From the IMG/VR virus record IMGVR_UViG_3300030333_008372, positions 7,777-71,776 of that record: DNA of 64,000 nt, one strand, 5' to 3'. The notes below the pieces were generated by a model, which was given only the letters and a program-made list of their open reading frames with translations, ran no database searches and was not told the DNA's origin. Position numbers and translations under genes: made by a program. Below are positions 37,679-49,600 of the stretch, in pieces (positions within the stretch are counted from its first letter, which is position 1; each line of letters opens with the position of its first letter). Origin of the DNA: a virus.

Positions 37679-40600
37679 ATGAGCATTAAAGATCTTTTTT
37701 ATGGGAAAACAAGTTATAAAGTCGTTACGTCTTCAAGTTTAGACGATATCGGTAACAAAGTCGAATCAGTCGATTATGTCGAAGAATATGTTTACGACAA
37801 AGAAAGATATTTACCAACAGTCGATTTTGGAAACCCAGCAGAATTTGCTTTTTACGGATCAGCAGAAGAATATTACGAAACAACAATACAGAGAATTTAT
37901 AACCAATATCCATACGATGGTTCTTTAAGAGAAAGATTAGAATTCATTAATTCCTCTTCTTATATTGATAAATGGTTTTTCGAAAACGAATACCCTAGAA
38001 CTAATGGTTTTATTACATTGGGTCAAAACTGGGGGAATGCTGATCTTGGCTCAACTGATTCATTTGAAGGTGATGCTAACAATTATGGAAAAGATACATA
38101 CTTTGTCTCTGCAAAGCCACAGTATGTTTTTTTCAAAGGCGGTCCAAATGCCGCCGCAATAAGACCATATGATGATAAAAATTTAGATCCACCAAATTTT
38201 AAAAACCCTCTTCATAAGGCAAATATATTTGATCAAAATAGAGATCTAGAATCTAATTTACAGATCGACGGTTTGTCCGGAAGCACGGTTGAATTTTGGT
38301 TTAAGGCTGGCGGCACTGCTGGTGATAACGAAAAATTTCTAGGTCCTTCCCCAAATTTAGCTTTCTTTGATTTATGGAATAGTGGATCCTTAACTGCTGG
38401 GCAAGATAATCCCGCTACTTATGGTCGTTTCCTTATTGAGATGCGAAGAGAAACATCAGAATTAGACAAGTTAAAAGGCGATAAACTATTTTATGTCACA
38501 ATTATGTCAGGGAACTCTGGTGTAGATAGGGCACCAATTGGAGCCGGAACTTTGACCGGATCTTATCCGTTAGACCAATGGAACCATTATGCATTTAGTT
38601 TCAAGAATAATGGAAGCTCAACAGTAGATAAACAGTTAGATCTTAAATTATACATAAATGGGCAGCTACAAGAAACTGTAATTACAGGATCTTCGATTAA
38701 TGAAGTAAGTACAGGACCACACTTGGCTAATATTGGGGCATATATATATGCCCCAAATACTGGATCTGTAGCAGGGTTTACTGCTGGAGGAAGAAATCAA
38801 GAGGGCATCGGGTGTGTGTCCGGGTCTTTTGATGAATTTAGGTTCTGGAAAGAACAAAGAGAATCTTCAAGAATATTTCAATTTTATAACAGTCATATTG
38901 GTGGAGGCACAAATACGGACCCCGCAAACAATCATCTGGGGGTTTATTACAAATTCAATGAGGGCGTTACTGAAACTGGTTCGATTGATCAAACTGCCCT
39001 AGATTATTCTGGTCGTGTTTCTAACGGCTTGATTAAAAATTATGACCCTCAATTATCAATGAGAGCGACAGCATCTGCTATGGTAGAATCCGGTGCATCC
39101 TCTGCTGAGTTTAAAGATCCGATTATTTATTCATACCACCCAGAGGTTCAAAGAACTGAAGAAGAGTTTATATTAAAAGGAAAAGAGCATGACTTTAATA
39201 ACGTTAATATGTTGTATAATTCCTTACCAGACTGGATCTTAACTGAGGATCAAAACACTCAAATCATTAGGAATCTTTTCCATGTTATCTCTGCCTATTT
39301 TGATCAACTGCATTATTTAATATCTGATATTCCAAGGCTTAAAGATATTACACTTTTGAGTGGATCTACTGACAAGCCAATGCCCTTTGCGAAAGAGCTT
39401 CTGGAATCAACAGGGTTCTTCGCACCAGAATTATTTCCAAACGCATCAGTCATAAATAATTTTCTTGATCGTGATAAGAATGGAATAATGTATGAAAAAA
39501 GCATTCATGATATTAAGAACTTTATTTATGAAAACATTTATCATAACTTATCATACATTAATAAGTCAAAGGGGACACCGAAAGCAATTCGTAATTTGCT
39601 AAGGTGCTTTGGTGTTGATGATGAATTATTTAAGATCAATTTTTATGCGAACAATATAGCGGTAAAACCAGAAAATTCCTATAACATCACAACTGTTAGA
39701 AAGAATTTTGCAGATTTTAGTTCTAGAGCTAGAAACAATGCTATTGTTTTTCAATCAACGGCTAGTTCGAACACAAATTCTTCTGGATATTTAAACCACT
39801 CCGCAGACTCTTCTGCTGGTTTTGACTCAGATATTGGGATGACTTTCGAATCAGAAATCTATTTTGCTTCTCCACCAAATGTAGACGAGCCTAATTTTAC
39901 ATCCGGTTCTTTTGGATATATTTCTTCTTCAATGTTTGGTGTTCATACTGCGAAAGCATCGGCAGCAGATCTAGATTGGGCATCAAATGATTATGGCAAT
40001 TTCCAAGTTTATGCTGTTCGTGATGAAATAAAATCTCCAAATTCAAAAAACGCTTATTTTCAGTTAAGAAGCCATAGCACTGGAGAGGGTCTTCTACAGG
40101 GTGTCGCAACTGCAACGATCACTACGACGGGTAACCCCGGAAACAATGAAACCTTTACGCTTACAGATGCCGCTGGGTTGGCTGTTACTTTTGTTTTCAA
40201 AACTGGTGAGGCAACCGTAGATGGCACTAAAGATGGGTCCAATGTAATCATTGGACTTAGCGGTGCATCTGGTCACGCAGCGTCTGTTGGGATGAGGATA
40301 ATTGCCTCTATTAATGCATCTAACCTTGCAATGACTGCCACTGAAGTATCGGGTGGTGTTGTGAGGCTTACACAGAATAGTGCTGGTGCCTCTGGTAACA
40401 CCACTATTGATATGTCTGGTGTTACGACTGTCACTGCAATTAGCTTTACCGCAGGTTTCAGCGAAGAACTAGAAAGTAAGTTGTTTTACGATGTTTATGA
40501 TAACCAAAAGTGGAATTTTGCGGTTGTTGTAAAGCCTGCTGAATACCCTAATTCGACATACGTTAGTGGCACCACAGACGATTACCGTGTTGAATTTCAT

Positions 40601-43600
40601 GGTTATAACATGGCTGCTGATACTGTGGTTGATAGTTTTATGGTTACGGCATCAATTAGTGGTCAAGCCGGAAAAAGATTTGTATCCAGTAAAAAAAGAT
40701 TTTATGCTGGAGCACACAGAACAAACTTTGTAGGATCTGTGATTGACCCAAGCAATATTCGTGCCTCTGGTTGCAGAATTTGGACAGTTCCATTAACAAA
40801 AGATGAGATAATAGCACATGCAAGAGATACAACAAATTATGGTGTTGACAACCCATATGAAAGTGCTTACTTAAATGAAAATAAAAGCACTTACTCTGGA
40901 ATGATACCCAAGATTGAAACTCTAGCTATGCACTGGGATTTTGAAACAGTTAGCGGTTCTGATGGTAGCGGTGAATTTTTAGTGGAAGATCTTTCTTCTG
41001 GTTCAAGTGACAGTAGATATGGTGACTGGAGTGCCATCCTAGAGAAGCAACATACTGGTCAAGGCATGTTCTTCGAAACAGAAGACTCAGGCTCTATTTC
41101 TAGAGAATATATTCCGACTGCAAAAACGCAGTTTTTCGAAAATTTAAATAGCGAAAATTTCATTGAAATTCTCGACAAAGATGATGAATATTTTCAAAAA
41201 GGATTCAGATCTAGACCTATAAGATATTTTTTCGCTATTGAAAAGAGTATGTATCAATCTATCAATGATGAAATGATTGATTTCTTTGGTAATATCGCTG
41301 GTCTTCAATCTTACGCTAGTCTTATTGGTGAGCCGGTAAACAAATATAGAAAAGACTATAAAAAGCTTAAGTTTGTTAGGGGGCTTTTCTTTGACAAAAT
41401 TAAGAATACTCCGGATCTAGAAAAATATGTAGACTTTTACAAATGGTTCGATGACGCCATTTCTGCAATGGTTTTAAATTTAATCCCAGCAACATCTGAT
41501 TTTGTAGGTGTTCAAAATACTGTTGAAAGCCATATATTAGAGAGAAATAAATATCAACATAAGTTCCCAACAATTGACTCTAAATTGCCAGATATTAGTG
41601 GCTCAATGGAGGGTATAAATAAATTAAAATATAATTGGAAATTTGGACACGCTCCAGCCTCAACAGGCTTATCTGCGAAAGCAATAGATTGTATTGACAC
41701 TACTGGCGTTGGATCCGATACTAAATTCACAATACTTATACCAATGAGTGCAGGCGGTGAATCTGACTCAACAGCAACAACAATCTTCTTGGACGCAGAC
41801 CAGACCATAGACCCCGTAGAGGGTGCGAATATGATTGCAATTGGAATAAGTGGAATATCCTCGGCACCAGCAAACGTCGCATCGTCGATTGTACGTGCAA
41901 TTAATGGAGTTAAGAACGATGGTCGTGTTGATTATCCATCAACGGGAGTTGGGCAATCAGGTGTCCAAGGTGTTACAGCATCGAGATCAGGCGCAAAAAT
42001 CACACTTACAATTGATAAGCCCGGAGTGGCAGGAAACCTTACAAATGCCATAACGACAACAGTGGCAGGTGATCATGATATTGTTGATCTTAGAACGTTT
42101 AGTGGGGGATTGGATGGAGTGCAGACCCCTAGTAATCAAAAGATAAATACTCTGTGGTGGAAAAACAGAGCAGAGAGAAATACTGACGCCCCAAATAATT
42201 TCAATTCAGTGCCTTTTGATAATCCCGCTACAGCAACAATCACCACCACTACAGGTGGCTTACTCAATAACGAAACTTTTACCCTTACAGATGCCGCTGG
42301 GTTGGCTGTCACCTTTGTTATTAAGACTGGTGAGACAACTGTAGACGGCAGCAAGGATGGCGATGATAACGTAATCATTGGACTTGATGGAGCACAAGGG
42401 CATGCAGCTTCTGTTGGAGAGAGAATTAGAGATGCCATCAACGCATCCGACCTTGCAATGACTGCCGCTGAAGTATCGGGTGGTGTTGTGAGACTTACAC
42501 AGCAAAGCCATGGCACCTCTGGCAATACTTCTATTGATATGTCTGGTGTTTCGAACACAACTGCAACTAACTTTACAGGTGGTGTTGATCGTGATGGTGT
42601 TAGCAATACTAGGGGCTTTATACACTCTGCGTCACATCAGGCTTTCAGCAGACGCCAAAATAGTCCTCTAGACTTTAAAGTGCTTGAATTTAGAAAAGAG
42701 GGTCCAAAAAATTATAGAGCTTTTTTCCCACATCTTCAGTATGACCCAACCAATTCTATAGAAATAAGAGAACTTGGAATTCCTGATGCAATTGCTTTTT
42801 CTGGTTCAGATGATCATAAAGAGTTTTATCCGCCTAAAAAATTCAAGGCAGCACTTTTTGGAAACTTTGGCACGAAAGAAGGCGAAGATTTATATAAATA
42901 TCTCTTCCCATTTAATATGTTTAGTTCTTCTCTTGGCACAAAAGTCTCCAGAGAATTTAAAGAAGGTTTGATAATTACAGACCAACACAGGGATACGTAT
43001 CACACTTTTGAAAATGAACCACTTCAGGGTCCATTTACGAACACTCACGTTGGTGGTAACCAATATAGGCATATTAGTCTGAATAAGGGAGAAAAGGAAA
43101 ATCTTGTAGAAAGAAATAGAGATGGTCGCTTAGACGATGACGAAATTAGACCAGAAGGCTGGATTATAAAATTTGACAAGCCAGAGGGAGTCGCCGCTAC
43201 AGCAACAATCACTACTACTACAGGTGGTATACTCAATAACGAAACTTTTACTCTTATAGATGCCGACAATGTGTCAGTAGGTTTTATTTTTAAGACTGGT
43301 GAGACAACTGTAGATGGTACCAAAGATGGATCCAATGTAATCATTGGACTTAGTGGGGCATCTGGACATGCAGCGTCTGTTGGAGAGAGAATAATCGCTT
43401 CAATTAATGCATCTAGCCTTGCAATGACTGCCACTGAAGTATCAAGTGGTGTTGTAAGGCTTACGCAACAAGACGTTGGTGCCTCTGGGAATACTTCTAT
43501 TGATATGTCTGGTGTTTCGAACACAACTGCAACTAACTTTACCGGAGGTTCAGATGGTAGCGATAGGCGTCTAAAATTAGTCTCCCCAGATTTTGATGGG

Positions 43601-46600
43601 GCTGACAAGCCAAGAGCAACGTATCTTCGTGACGAGACGGCAAAAAGACCAGTTAACATTAGGAATATTCATTACACAACAGCCTCGCAAGACTTAGGGA
43701 ACTTTACAAAAAATTATGAAGTTGTAATGACGTCTGGTAGAAATATCAACAACCAATATTTTAAAGAAAATTTAGGTGTGTCTGTTACGGGTTCTCACGC
43801 AACTCTAGTATCTGGGACATCTGACTTCACCTTACCAGATCGATCTATTGATGCTTATCGCACAAAAACAGTTATTGCGGAAAGGTTTTCCGCTCCGGGT
43901 GATCCCTCAACATTAAGTCGAGGCTTTTTAGACTTGGAAAGTGAAAGTTTTTCAGTTTATAATAATTTAAATTATAGGAACTTCACAGTTAGAAATCGCT
44001 TACATTCAATGTTAACAGCCAGCGCTGTTGAATTTGGTCTGGCAGATGGTCTTTCAGGTTTAGATGCCAGATTGGATGATTCTGGAGAAACAACTTTTAG
44101 AAGAGCAACTTTTCACAAAGTTAATAAAAATTCTGCAAAAAGAATACAATTAAAAGAATTAGATGCTGATGGAAACCCAGCCGGTAGCCTTGCTATCTCA
44201 AAGACTGCGGTGGCAGTAGACTGTATTGACACTGCTGGCGTTGGTTCAGATACTAAATTTACAATACTAATACCAACGACCGCAGGCGGTGAACATGACT
44301 CAACAGCAACAGTGATCTTCTTAGATGCAGACCAAACTACAGATCCTGTACAGGGTGTGAACGAGATTGCAATTGGAATAAGTGGAATTGCTGACAATGT
44401 GATTGCAGGATTAATTAGAAGAGCAATCAATGGAACCGCTGATGATAAAATTGATTATGCATCATCAGGAGTTGGCACATCAGGTGTGCGAGGTGTTACA
44501 GCGGTGCAAGGATCAACAAGCACGAAAATTACACTTGAAATCGATCAAGGTGGCGCAGCAGGAAATCTTACAAACGCCATCACCACAACAGTGGCTGGTG
44601 ACCATGATATTGTTGATCTTAGAACTTTTAGTGGTGGAGCCGATTTGGGCGGTGACGATAGTTACCAGACTGGATCTGTAAGCGATAACTATTATGTCCA
44701 ACATCAGATACCCCGAAGCGTAATGCAATATTCTTGGATTACTGCATCTGCTGTATCGGGACCTTTTGGGTTTGAAAAGCCAAATCAGGCATATGCTAGT
44801 ATGGCTTCTGATGACATCACTTTTGTATCAGAATCTGACTTTGGTATTGTCAATCAAGCAGCGACAACAGATAATGTTGCTAATACAGGGAGAGCCAACA
44901 CGGTTGGTTTTACATCGAATCGAGTGTCGGCTGGCGCTACAAAAGCCAAGGCAGCTATGATTTTTGCCGCCGCAGCTACTGCTAACGAAACTATTACCCT
45001 TATATCATCTGATGGAACTTCAAGAACTTATACTGCAAAAGCCTCTAGTGATTTTGCTAATAATGAATTTGCTGTAGGGTCTAGTGCAACCGACAGTGCA
45101 GAAAATTTAAAAGATGCTATTAACCATACAAATGGACACAGTGGGAAAATTTTAGCTGCAAGAGTTGGAACTCAAGTATCTTTAGTGCAAGTTGAAGCTG
45201 GAGAAAGAGGCAATACAATTATTGCAGAAGGCTTTGGTGCTACCAATTCAGTAGCAATTGGCGGTGATGGAATTACAGGCAATAGGTTTACAGGTGGTGC
45301 ATCAAGTATCCTTAAGCAGCCACTTATTCCCCTAAATATACTTCGAAGTCTAGATGAGGATTCTTTGAAAAATAGAAATACATTGAGTTTCATAGCAAAT
45401 CCTGAATTCACCCAAGTGGGAGAAGACGCATACAATGCTCTGGGGATTGCTAGTGTGTTGAACTCCAATCTGGGAAGCATAGGCGGGGCATATGGGTATC
45501 CTTCTTGGAAACAGTGGAGAGTCGGAGAACACCCTGTTGCAAAATATCACAAGAAAAACAATATTGTTTCAGTATCTATTCCCGCAACCACGATTGACCC
45601 TGATGAAGACAAGGTAATCATTGCAGAAGATCAAACGGTGTCATTTACAGAAGCTCCATTGATGTCCAAATTTAAACCTGTGGTTCATACTCTGAATTTG
45701 AAAAAAGGCGGAGGAATGGTGGTAAAAAGCAGTTTTGCAAATAATCTTGCAAAACTAGGAAATCAGTCTGTTACAAAACAAAAAGTGCCTCTATTTGATG
45801 TGCTTGGAGTGGATGATTCTGGACCGGAACCAGCGGTGTTTGACAGAAGAACCAAGCAGCCTCATGATGATATATACAAACTTTATAAGAAGGACAGAAA
45901 CATCCCAGATAATGTAAGCCCACTAACATATACTACACCAGAGGACCCTTTTGCAAAGCCAGTAAGATCTGTTACTTATAGCGAAGTAGTTTTTCCAAAA
46001 GAAGAATATGCATATCTAAACAAAACAAGATCTAGATACAATTACACAGAGACAAGAGATCAATTTTCAACAGGCTCACAGATGAGCCAACAAAGAACGT
46101 TCTGGCGTGATGCTCATGTTGATAGATTAAGAGCCGACAATGACTCTACTTTGAATTCTTTGGGGTTCAAAATTGATAAAGATGCCACAAAAGGGTGGCC
46201 AATGAGTGCAACAGCCAGTGTTTCAGGTGGTATTCTTCTCGTTGATCGATCAAACCCATCACCCACCACCACGGTTACATCTTCTGGCGGTTCAGCAGCT
46301 TTAAGTATCTGGCCGCTTGATACTGATGGAGAGGGATCAGCGGTTTATGCATTTATGGCATCAGGATCCTTTGTTGTAAATACAACAAATCACGAGATGG
46401 ATGCTCGACCAACAGGAGAGACTTATTATGTCGGCAGAGGCGCTGGTGAGTTATCTAATAGCACCGACTGGACTCTCTATTATCAAGACTTCCCAGCGAC
46501 TGCTTCTATAGGATATAATTTTGTTCAATTACTGCACTTTTCGGGGGCATGCTTTACAGAAGAAGGCGAACCCGCAACTGGTGGCGATGATACAGCAGGA

Positions 46601-49600
46601 GGATTTAATAAATCTGCAAAATTACCAAAATACCAGACAAATAAAATGATCGGGGTTAACCCTTGGTTTGATAGCTATGAAGATTTTGCAATGGACGTTA
46701 GGCAACTAGCTAAAGACCAGACCATTATACCTGAATTTAAAATTTCTGATTATATGGAAAAATATTTGGATGCAGGTGGCGTAGGCAAGACCTTATTTAA
46801 ATATTTGGAATTGGAAGGCTCTTTGCCGGGAGAAAATAGCGGTAGTGATAATCTGAATATATTCTCACTTCTCGATAAAGAATTAATCGAAAGATATGCA
46901 GAAACAAAGCCTATGAACTACTATGAGCAGTTTATAGAGCAGCATGCAAAAGCAGATCCAGTCATGACACCAAACAGGTTTACCGTTTCTTTTGATGGCG
47001 TCTTGAAAATGTTGCCCTATCAAGGCTTTTACCCAGCATTAAGAACAATGCAGCTTGGTCATATGTTCTCTCAGTCTTTCGGACCTTATATCGGTCCAGA
47101 TGATAGAGATAATTGGCCTGTTGAATCAGATGGTTTTAGGAATAAAGCAACCAGAACTGCTGCCTTAGTTCAGCCTTGGTTTAATCCGGGTATTATGTTT
47201 AATACAATTAAATCTGGTATTGCAGTTGATTGGGCTGTTTTTAAAGGTGATAAAAACGGTTCCACCACCGTGGACGATGCGACCGGACTCGATGCTTTTA
47301 ATTATTTTATTCGACACGACCATTATCGGGGGGCTGGCTTCATTAGTGGGTCAGAATCGTCAACAGACACAGCCAAAGGTGGTCCAAACTTTAGATTTCC
47401 ATTCGAATCGCTGGTGCAGCCAGAAAGATATTTACCAATATCAGGCGCAAATGATTCGGGAAGAATTTCTCACATAGCACCTCAATGGAGAAATTTTTAC
47501 CCCAAGAATGCCATGATAGGGTATGAAGACACTGGGCATATATATGATGATGGAACTTCGCAACCCGCTGCCGGAGGCGTTAATCACCCTCCATCAGTTA
47601 CCTTAACGTTTACTGGTGTTCCAACAGATGGGCGTAAAATTGGATTTTCACCAATTGGAAAGTATGCAAATTTAACTGGAACCATAGATACCTCCACCAC
47701 AAACCATACAAAAACTGGTACATCAGGTCTCGGTGGTGAGGTATATACTATTGGTTTTAATGGTGTTTCAACTGCCGCTCAAGCTGCTCAAAGATTTGGA
47801 GAATTTATAGCACAATATATATCGTCATCGGACTACCCTCCTTATCATTCAGAACAAAATGACGCCACTGTTACATTGTTTAGCCATGGCGGAGTTTACA
47901 ACAACGACTCAGATGTAACAAATGGCGGTGGAACAATCTTAGATAACGTTACAATATCAAACTCCGGTAAATTTAAAGGAGGTCAAGAAGCAAACTTAGC
48001 TTTCTTTGATTGGAGCGGGATTAACAAACCATATTACAGCTATGCCATGCACAACTTCCTAGCTGAAGTTCCAAACTTTTTCTTGGAAAAAGGTGCTTTA
48101 AATAGTAATTTAACTTCATTTGTTTCATCGCCTCAAAGCAAATGGGCTAATTTTGAAAATGGCAAGAAATATTACATGGATATTATTCTTGCCAAAAATA
48201 AAGACATGGTTATGTTTGAAGGTCCTGCAAGACACACGATTGCTGCTGATCATGAGCGATTCGGTACCGGAGGTCCCCAAGGATTCGGAACGTTCCCTAC
48301 TGGATATGCATCTTCTCGTGGCATGCATTACGGTCCAGCTTTAAGGTGGACATCGAATTCTGGAACTTACGGCTTTGCAAACGAAGGAAACCACCACGAT
48401 CCGGCTTTTGCTGCTTGGACACCACCATATTTTTATGGAACTTCAATTGCTAGAATCGAATTCGATCCATCCAATGTGGCTCCAGATTCAACTTCTGATA
48501 CTTTTACAATAGAGGAAATATTTGATAAATCTACGGTCACTTATATTAATCTTAGCGAGAGACACCCAGAGTTTGCTCATTTGCCAGAAGAATTAGCCGG
48601 TTTAGCTGGATCCGACATGGCTACAGCCGGAATATATTCCAATTGTATAAACTCACCAGCTAGTGCGTCTTTTATGCATTTATCTTCATCGGTAAACATA
48701 TTTGGCAAAGCATTTCCCAATTTAATTAAGTTTAATAGCTCCAAGAATAATGTGTTAGGTGGTTTAGCTCCACAAGAGCAAGAGCAGGGGGAAGATCCTG
48801 TTTGGGTTATATCCAGCAAGTTCGAATGCCCAGTTCTTAATTTTAGTGGTAATGCTGGTCCCGCAAAAGGTACCGCAGAAGCAGATTTAACAGCCCTTGA
48901 AAATGCCTGTTTTGATTCACAAGGTATGTGGTATGGATCTGGGTCAATACCAAAAGGCGGTGACGGTATCTTAATGGGTCTTCGTGAATCATTCCCAGAT
49001 GAAACCTTTAAACCAACTTCTACGAAAAGATCTTTAATTAATGCAGTTGGGTTTAAATCGCAAAAGCAGAGAATTGGTAAAATGGCTACTAGTAAAAAAA
49101 TCTCTGAAGCAATTGTTGCCATCCCATATGTTGCAGAAACTGGACAAATGTTCAAGCTTAACAAGCCTGTATACGACATTATATTAAGAAACATTGTAAA
49201 CGGAAACCCTGATCTCCAAGTAGGCGATGTTCCAGTTATTTCTGCTGACATCAAAGAATGTGGCGTTGGAAATATGATTAGGGGCATGGCAAAATATGTT
49301 ATTCCACCCCATTTCGACTTCAGAAATCCAGAGATTATGGATAAACTAGGTGGTCCTTTTGCCATGTATATTATAGAATTTGAACACACACTTGACCAAG
49401 AAGACTTGCAAAACATGTGGCAAAATGTTATGCCAAAAATTGCAACAACTGCTAAGAAAAGCAATAGAACAATCAGTCATCAAGTGGGTGTTCCATGGGA
49501 ATTCTTTAATACTGGATTGCCTAGAGACGCTATGAAATTTTTAATATTCAAAGTGAAAAAAAGGGCGCATAACAATTATTTTGCACTAACTCCAAATTTT

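Noticed and set aside
40106-44638. Repeats as DGR template/variable regions, or as inteins
   Set aside because: No reverse transcriptase in the window, differences are not adenine-specific and all copies are in-frame; no intein terminal motifs (C/S start, HN end) or homing endonuclease
42136-49464. Long antisense ORFs (42136-42606, 43045-43659, 48577-49464)
   Set aside because: They are shadows of the 4063-aa gene caused by codon bias; no RBS or recognisable domains
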